Source: Archaeoglobus fulgidus DSM 4304
GTDB taxonomy: Archaea; Halobacteriota; Archaeoglobi; Archaeoglobales; Archaeoglobaceae
Length of the DNA: 32,000 nt
Direction of reading: 5' to 3'
Assembly (NCBI RefSeq): GCF_000008665.1
Contig: NC_000917.1
Span: 360,001 to 392,000, forward strand
Positions 27,991 through 32,000 of this stretch are shown one piece after another. Each line of letters starts with the position of its first letter. Within the stretch, counting starts at the first letter, position 1. Made by a program: the position numbers and the translations under genes. Under the pieces are notes generated by a model. It made no database searches, had not been told where the DNA came from, and was given only the letters and a program-made list of their open reading frames with translations.

Positions 27991-28995
27991 TCACCTCCAG
28001 CCTCTCAAGAGGAGGAAAATGAACATGGGCGCACCGACGAAGGCCGTCACTATGCCAACTGGAATCATCACGGGGCTGATCACAGTCCTTCCGAAGGTGT
28101 CCGCAATTAGGAGAAGCGTTGCACCAAAAACCGTGCTGAGCGGAATAAGGAACCTGTGGTCCCCACTAACAGCAATTCTTATGGAGTGCGGGGCTACAAG
28201 CCCAACAAACCCAACAATTCCTGTAAATGAAACGCAGACGGCTGTGAGAAGGGATGAGATTACAAGTCCTTCGAGTCTGACTCTCTGCGGATTCACACCG
28301 AGCGAGATTGCAGTCTCATCGTTGAGAGTGAGGGCGTTGTAGTCCATCCGCCTGAAGATAAAGTAGAGCAGCGATACGGCAAAAATTGCGCCCATCAGGT
28401 AGATTTCATTCCAGTTAGTTCTCCCCATATCTCCAAACGTCCAGAAAACGACCGAGGCGACCATTACGTCCTCAGCGAAGTACTGCATGAGCATTGTTGC
28501 CGCCTGAAAGAGGGAGGCCATCGCAACGCCGGTGAGAATCATCGCCTCCGGAGTGAAGCTTCTGATTCTTGAGAGCGTTAGTATTACAAAAACGCTGATG
28601 AGTGATCCAAGAAAGGCGAAAAAGGGGACGAGGTAGGGGTTGAGAATTGTTATGCTCTCCCCCGTTCTGTGGAGCATTCCCGCGCCGAGGTAGATTATGG
28701 CAAAAGCCGCACCAAAGGCTGCTCCGTGCGAAACGCCGAGCGTGAAGGGTGAAGCGAGCGGATTTCTGAGTATGCACTGCATCACTGCCCCGCTTACAGC
28801 AAGGCTTGCACCTACAATCAGGGCTGTGACTATGCGGGGGAGCCTTATGTTGGTGATGACGGGGGAGTTTAGGCTGAAAATCTTTGCTGGAGAAAGGCTG
28901 TATGAGCCTGCGAGAAGGGATGCAGTAACTGAAAAAATTAGCAAGCTCAGGAGCAGCAGTTCAGCAACTCTTATTCTCCTTCTGTATTCGGTCAT
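27991..28995 (-). CDS. FecCD/BtuC-like ABC transporter permease
   Basis: RLPRIVTALIVGASLAVSGAVMQCILRNPLASPFTLGVSHGAAFGA; GIVGFVGLVAPHSIRIAVSGDHRFLIPLSTVFGATLLLIADTFGR. Confidence 0.95.
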   Translation of the reverse strand: MTEYRRRIRVAELLLLSLLIFSVTASLLAGSYSLSPAKIFSLNSPVITNIRLPRIVTALIVGASLAVSGAVMQCILRNPLASPFTLGVSHGAAFGAAFAIIYLGAGMLHRTGESITILNPYLVPFFAFLGSLISVFVILTLSRIRSFTPEAMILTGVAMASLFQAATMLMQYFAEDVMVASVVFWTFGDMGRTNWNEIYLMGAIFAVSLLYFIFRRMDYNALTLNDETAISLGVNPQRVRLEGLVISSLLTAVCVSFTGIVGFVGLVAPHSIRIAVSGDHRFLIPLSTVFGATLLLIADTFGRTVISPVMIPVGIVTAFVGAPMFIFLLLRGWR

Positions 28996-30092
28996 TTCTC
29001 GAACACGTCTGCAATGTTCTTGAAACCGCCGTAGTGCTCTGCCATCTGCTCGTAAAGCTTTTTGCCAACGAGGAACTCGAAGATTTTGTCCGCCTTCTTT
29101 CCGGGGTCGATGTCTGCAAACTTATCGGGATAGAGAACCTTGCCGATGAAGTAGGAGTCGGCAATTGCAGTTTCTATGTTGGTGGTGTAGTAGTTGAAGG
29201 GCAGAATTCCGTAGATTTTCCCGTTCTTAAAGGCTTTGAGTGACTGGTAGATTTCGGGATTCTTCTCGTAGTCGTTAAGGACAAGGTGGAGGTTGTTCTC
29301 GTCGAGAAATATGATGTCCGGATCCCACTCAAGCAGCTTTTCCTTGTCGATGAAGAAAGCCCCGCTCACGTTCGCCTCGCAGGCAACGTTCTTTGCCCTG
29401 ACAACCATGAACGGAGGGAAGTTGCACTGCGTTGATTCTATGCCGTGACCTCCCTTGAAACCGAGCGCTCCAACGTAAACTGATAGCTTGTTTTCCTCAG
29501 GAACCCCCTCAACTCTTCCCGTTAAATCTTTGTAAGCGTTTTCGATGAAGCTTATTATCTCCTTAGCCCTCTCCTCCCTGCCAAGGATTTTCCCTGCAAG
29601 CCTTAGAGAGGTGTAGATTTCCTCAGCCCTGAAGTTTCCAAGCTCTCCGTAGCTGAGCACAACAACCGGCACTCCTGTTTGCTGCTGCAGAGTGTCTGCC
29701 TGCGTTGCATCAATGTAGCAGGCGAAGATGACGTCCGGCTTCACCGCAACGATGGCCTCAGCATTCGGTGACGGATTCGGGCCACCTTTGCCTATAGTCG
29801 GCAGATTGGCAAATTCGGGATGGGCCATTCTGTAAGGTCTTCCCATTTCAGGCCAGTTGGTCTCTGCATCCTCCACTCCTACGACCTTGTCGGATGCGTT
29901 GAGGTAAACGACCAGCCTCAAAGCTCCGGGGCCAATTGCAACAACCCTCTCAACTTTTTCAGGAACCTCAACTGTTCTGCCGAGCATGTCCGTAACCGTA
30001 ACCTTCCCGCCCTCCTTAACTTGAGCAGGCTGCTGAGCACAGCCGGCAATCAGAATCGCCAGAGCCAGAGCAAGGAGCGAAACCTTCCTCAT
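28992..30092 (-). CDS. Periplasmic-binding lipoprotein of a metal-chelate-type ABC transporter
   Basis: Lipobox MRKVSLLALALAILIAGCAQQ; VTDMLGRTVEVPEKVERVVAIGPGALRLVVYL...KPDVIFACY: FecB/BtuF-like. Confidence 0.92.
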   Translation of the reverse strand: MRKVSLLALALAILIAGCAQQPAQVKEGGKVTVTDMLGRTVEVPEKVERVVAIGPGALRLVVYLNASDKVVGVEDAETNWPEMGRPYRMAHPEFANLPTIGKGGPNPSPNAEAIVAVKPDVIFACYIDATQADTLQQQTGVPVVVLSYGELGNFRAEEIYTSLRLAGKILGREERAKEIISFIENAYKDLTGRVEGVPEENKLSVYVGALGFKGGHGIESTQCNFPPFMVVRAKNVACEANVSGAFFIDKEKLLEWDPDIIFLDENNLHLVLNDYEKNPEIYQSLKAFKNGKIYGILPFNYYTTNIETAIADSYFIGKVLYPDKFADIDPGKKADKIFEFLVGKKLYEQMAEHYGGFKNIADVFEK

Positions 30093-31190
30093 TCAGACCA
30101 CCTCCCTCATCTCTCCATCGAACTTCACAATCCCCCTACCAACAACGGCGTAGTAGCTGCCCGCACACCTCAAGCAGAGACCATCCTTAACGCGTGTGGC
30201 CATTGCAAGCTCTCCGCACTTCTCACACCTTTTGTTTTCAAAAATCGGTGCCCTCTCTATAGGCTGAACCTCTACAAACTCAACCTTGAACTCCTCTTCC
30301 GGAATCTCAAGCATCTTCCAGCCAGTCTCCTCCCAGAACTCGGAGAGCCTCTTTGCATCCTCCTCACTGCCCTCTCTCCTCACTATAACCTTGTTAAAGA
30401 GCTCAAGAGCCTCTTTGCTGAAGTACTTCCTCACGTTCTCAGCATTTACGTAAACTCTCACGCCCTTCCAGTCTTTTCTTCTGACTATAGTAAGAGCATT
30501 CTTTCCAAGGTCGAGGTAAATCAGAGAGTTGTTTCCGAGCGTGCATCCGGTTGCAACCTGCACGCCGTCAGTAAGGCAGTTGTTGCACTCCACTATTGCG
30601 AGAATATCCTCTCCAACACTCGCCATTGCATCTTCTTCAACTCCGAGCTTTTCCATTGCTATGACGGACATTCTAACTCCGAGCGCAACGAAGGGGCAGA
30701 TGTGACCGTGAAACTCCTTTGCCCTCAAAAGCAGCCTTGTCAGCTTTGATTGAGGATTTGCCTCCTCAAACCATCCGATTTTCGCGTTTCCTACTGAATC
30801 TATCGTAGAAGAGTACGGCTTTATATCCACAACTGGTGTGCCGTCGAGAGCATCGAGTCCTTTAACCTTCAGAACTCTCCCATCCCTTTCAAGCAGCTCA
30901 ACAACTGCGAAACCAATCGGATTCGGGCGATGGGGAGAGCGGGTCGCAAAGACTCCATGTTCTCTGCTGTCGTGAGGAGGAACAACAAGCAAAGCGTCCC
31001 TGTTTGCTCTGTCAAGCCAGTAGAGGACAATAAGATGAGTGCAGGTTTCAATATCCTTCAAACCGTCCTCAAACTCCGGGAAAATCTCGATTTCTACTGT
31101 TTCCTTGGAGAACCTTCCCTGATGTGGAGCTTTGCTAAAGTTTTTGTAGGGAGACCTTATCACACCTACCTGCCTTAGCTGCACGAGCAT
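30093..31190 (-). CDS. Fusion protein: N-terminal TrmO/UPF0066-like domain plus FmdE-like domain with C-terminal zinc ribbon
   Basis: MLVQLRQVGVIRSPYKNFSKAPHQGRFSKETVEIEIFPEF...VFATRSPHRPNPIGFAVVELLERDG (TrmO) followed by AKEFHGHICPFVALGVRMS...DGVQVATGCTLGNNSLIY (FmdE) and CEKCGELAMATRVKDGLCLRC. Likely start at 31190, not 31268. Confidence 0.88.
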   Translation of the reverse strand: MLVQLRQVGVIRSPYKNFSKAPHQGRFSKETVEIEIFPEFEDGLKDIETCTHLIVLYWLDRANRDALLVVPPHDSREHGVFATRSPHRPNPIGFAVVELLERDGRVLKVKGLDALDGTPVVDIKPYSSTIDSVGNAKIGWFEEANPQSKLTRLLLRAKEFHGHICPFVALGVRMSVIAMEKLGVEEDAMASVGEDILAIVECNNCLTDGVQVATGCTLGNNSLIYLDLGKNALTIVRRKDWKGVRVYVNAENVRKYFSKEALELFNKVIVRREGSEEDAKRLSEFWEETGWKMLEIPEEEFKVEFVEVQPIERAPIFENKRCEKCGELAMATRVKDGLCLRCAGSYYAVVGRGIVKFDGEMREVV

Positions 31191-31315
31191 CACCTTTTTG
31201 TGTGGTGTTACTAACAACTGTGCTAATGGCAGACTGAAGATTAAAATTTTGGTTTTTGGTGTTACCAAAGGTTACAAAGAACAGTAAATTTATGAGAAGA
31301 AAAATTGAAAGAAAA

Positions 31316-32000
31316 TCACTTACGAACCCCCAACCTCCTCAGCACCTCAGTAGCCCTCTCCTGCCCGAAGTACTCGTAAACACCTCCCTTGCTGCCCGGC
31401 TTTAACGATGGGTCGCCCAGATAGCCAGCATCCACAAGCTGGACGAGTAGCTTTGGAGGTGCCCACTTGGGGTCTTTCGTTGCCTCGAACATCGCCTCGT
31501 AGATTCTGAGCCTCGTGTCGAGGCCGACCAAATCTCCCGTCTCAATGGGGCCCATAGAGTAGCCGTAGCCGAGCATCATGCCGATGTCGATGTCCTGCGG
31601 TGTCGCAACACCTTCCTGAACCATCAGCAAGGCCTCCTTGCCAAGAACAAGGCCAAGGCGGGAGGTAGCAAAGCCGGGGGAGTCATTGACGACGATGGGC
31701 ACTTTTCCCAGCTTGAGGAACCAGTCTCTGATGCCGTTAACAAGCTTCTCGTCGCTCAGCAAGCCCTTTACAAGCTCAACAAGCTTCTGAATCTGCGCTG
31801 GGTTGAAGAAGTGAATGCCCAGAAACCTCTCTGGGTTGCTGACGGCGGAGGAGAGCTTGGTTATGCTTATTGAGGAGGTGTTTGAGCCTATGACCGCATC
31901 CGTAACAGCATCAATCTCCCTCAGAACCTTCAGCTTCAGGTTAACGTCCTCGAAAACGGCCTCTATTACCAGATCACAGTCCTTTAAAGCGCTGTGAGAT
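31316..32000 (-). CDS. 3-hydroxyacyl-CoA dehydrogenase, C-terminal part (continues past window end)
   Basis: In-frame reading to the window edge: ...EIDAVTDAVIGSNTSSISITKLSSAVSNPERFLGIHFFNPAQIQKLVELVKGLLSDEKLVNGIRDWFLKLGKVPIVVNDSPGFATSRLGLVLGKEAL. Confidence 0.93.
   Translation of the reverse strand, partial: SHSALKDCDLVIEAVFEDVNLKLKVLREIDAVTDAVIGSNTSSISITKLSSAVSNPERFLGIHFFNPAQIQKLVELVKGLLSDEKLVNGIRDWFLKLGKVPIVVNDSPGFATSRLGLVLGKEALLMVQEGVATPQDIDIGMMLGYGYSMGPIETGDLVGLDTRLRIYEAMFEATKDPKWAPPKLLVQLVDAGYLGDPSLKPGSKGGVYEYFGQERATEVLRRLGVRK

Noticed and set aside
29820-30749. 309-aa plus-strand ORF
   Set aside because: Antisense to the binding lipoprotein and FmdE-domain genes, with low-complexity-free but motif-free protein; the minus-strand genes are clearly real.

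Overview
This is an ordinary, gene-dense euryarchaeal chromosomal window, not a mobile or defence island. Protein motifs, lipid genes and a dissimilatory sulfite reductase locus match an Archaeoglobus fulgidus-like sulfate-reducing archaeon; that assignment is from recall, not a search. The best-supported landmark is the dsrA-dsrB-dsrD locus (21.5-24.1 kb), with a divergent uroporphyrinogen-III methyltransferase, a DUF483-type protein and a small ferredoxin. Other supported genes: two NoxA/CoA-disulfide-reductase-like flavoproteins (one rhodanese-fused), a PfkB kinase, archaeal ether-lipid genes (GGGP synthase, UbiA-type DGGGP synthase), tRNA-Arg(CCT), kptA, DUF531, a class I aminotransferase, a large PAS/GAF sensor protein, cysS, a DUF457-like membrane protein, DUF1786, BtpA-like, DUF504, an Obg/Nog-type GTPase, and a five-gene cluster (TrmO-FmdE fusion, FecBCD-type ABC transporter, SAM methyltransferase). 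The most interesting less-explained items are: (1) three tandem DUF2589-like paralogs at 17.07-18.56 kb, the middle one split by two frameshifts but clearly recoverable; (2) the TrmO-FmdE / metal-chelate transporter / methyltransferase cluster with a repeated candidate operator; (3) a frameshifted DUF1786 gene; (4) an unlisted 57-aa four-Cys ORF upstream of GGGP synthase; (5) a sensor protein with no visible HATPase domain. Nothing here can be claimed as a proven new system. Coordinates of features not in the ORF track were counted by hand and may be off by a few bases.
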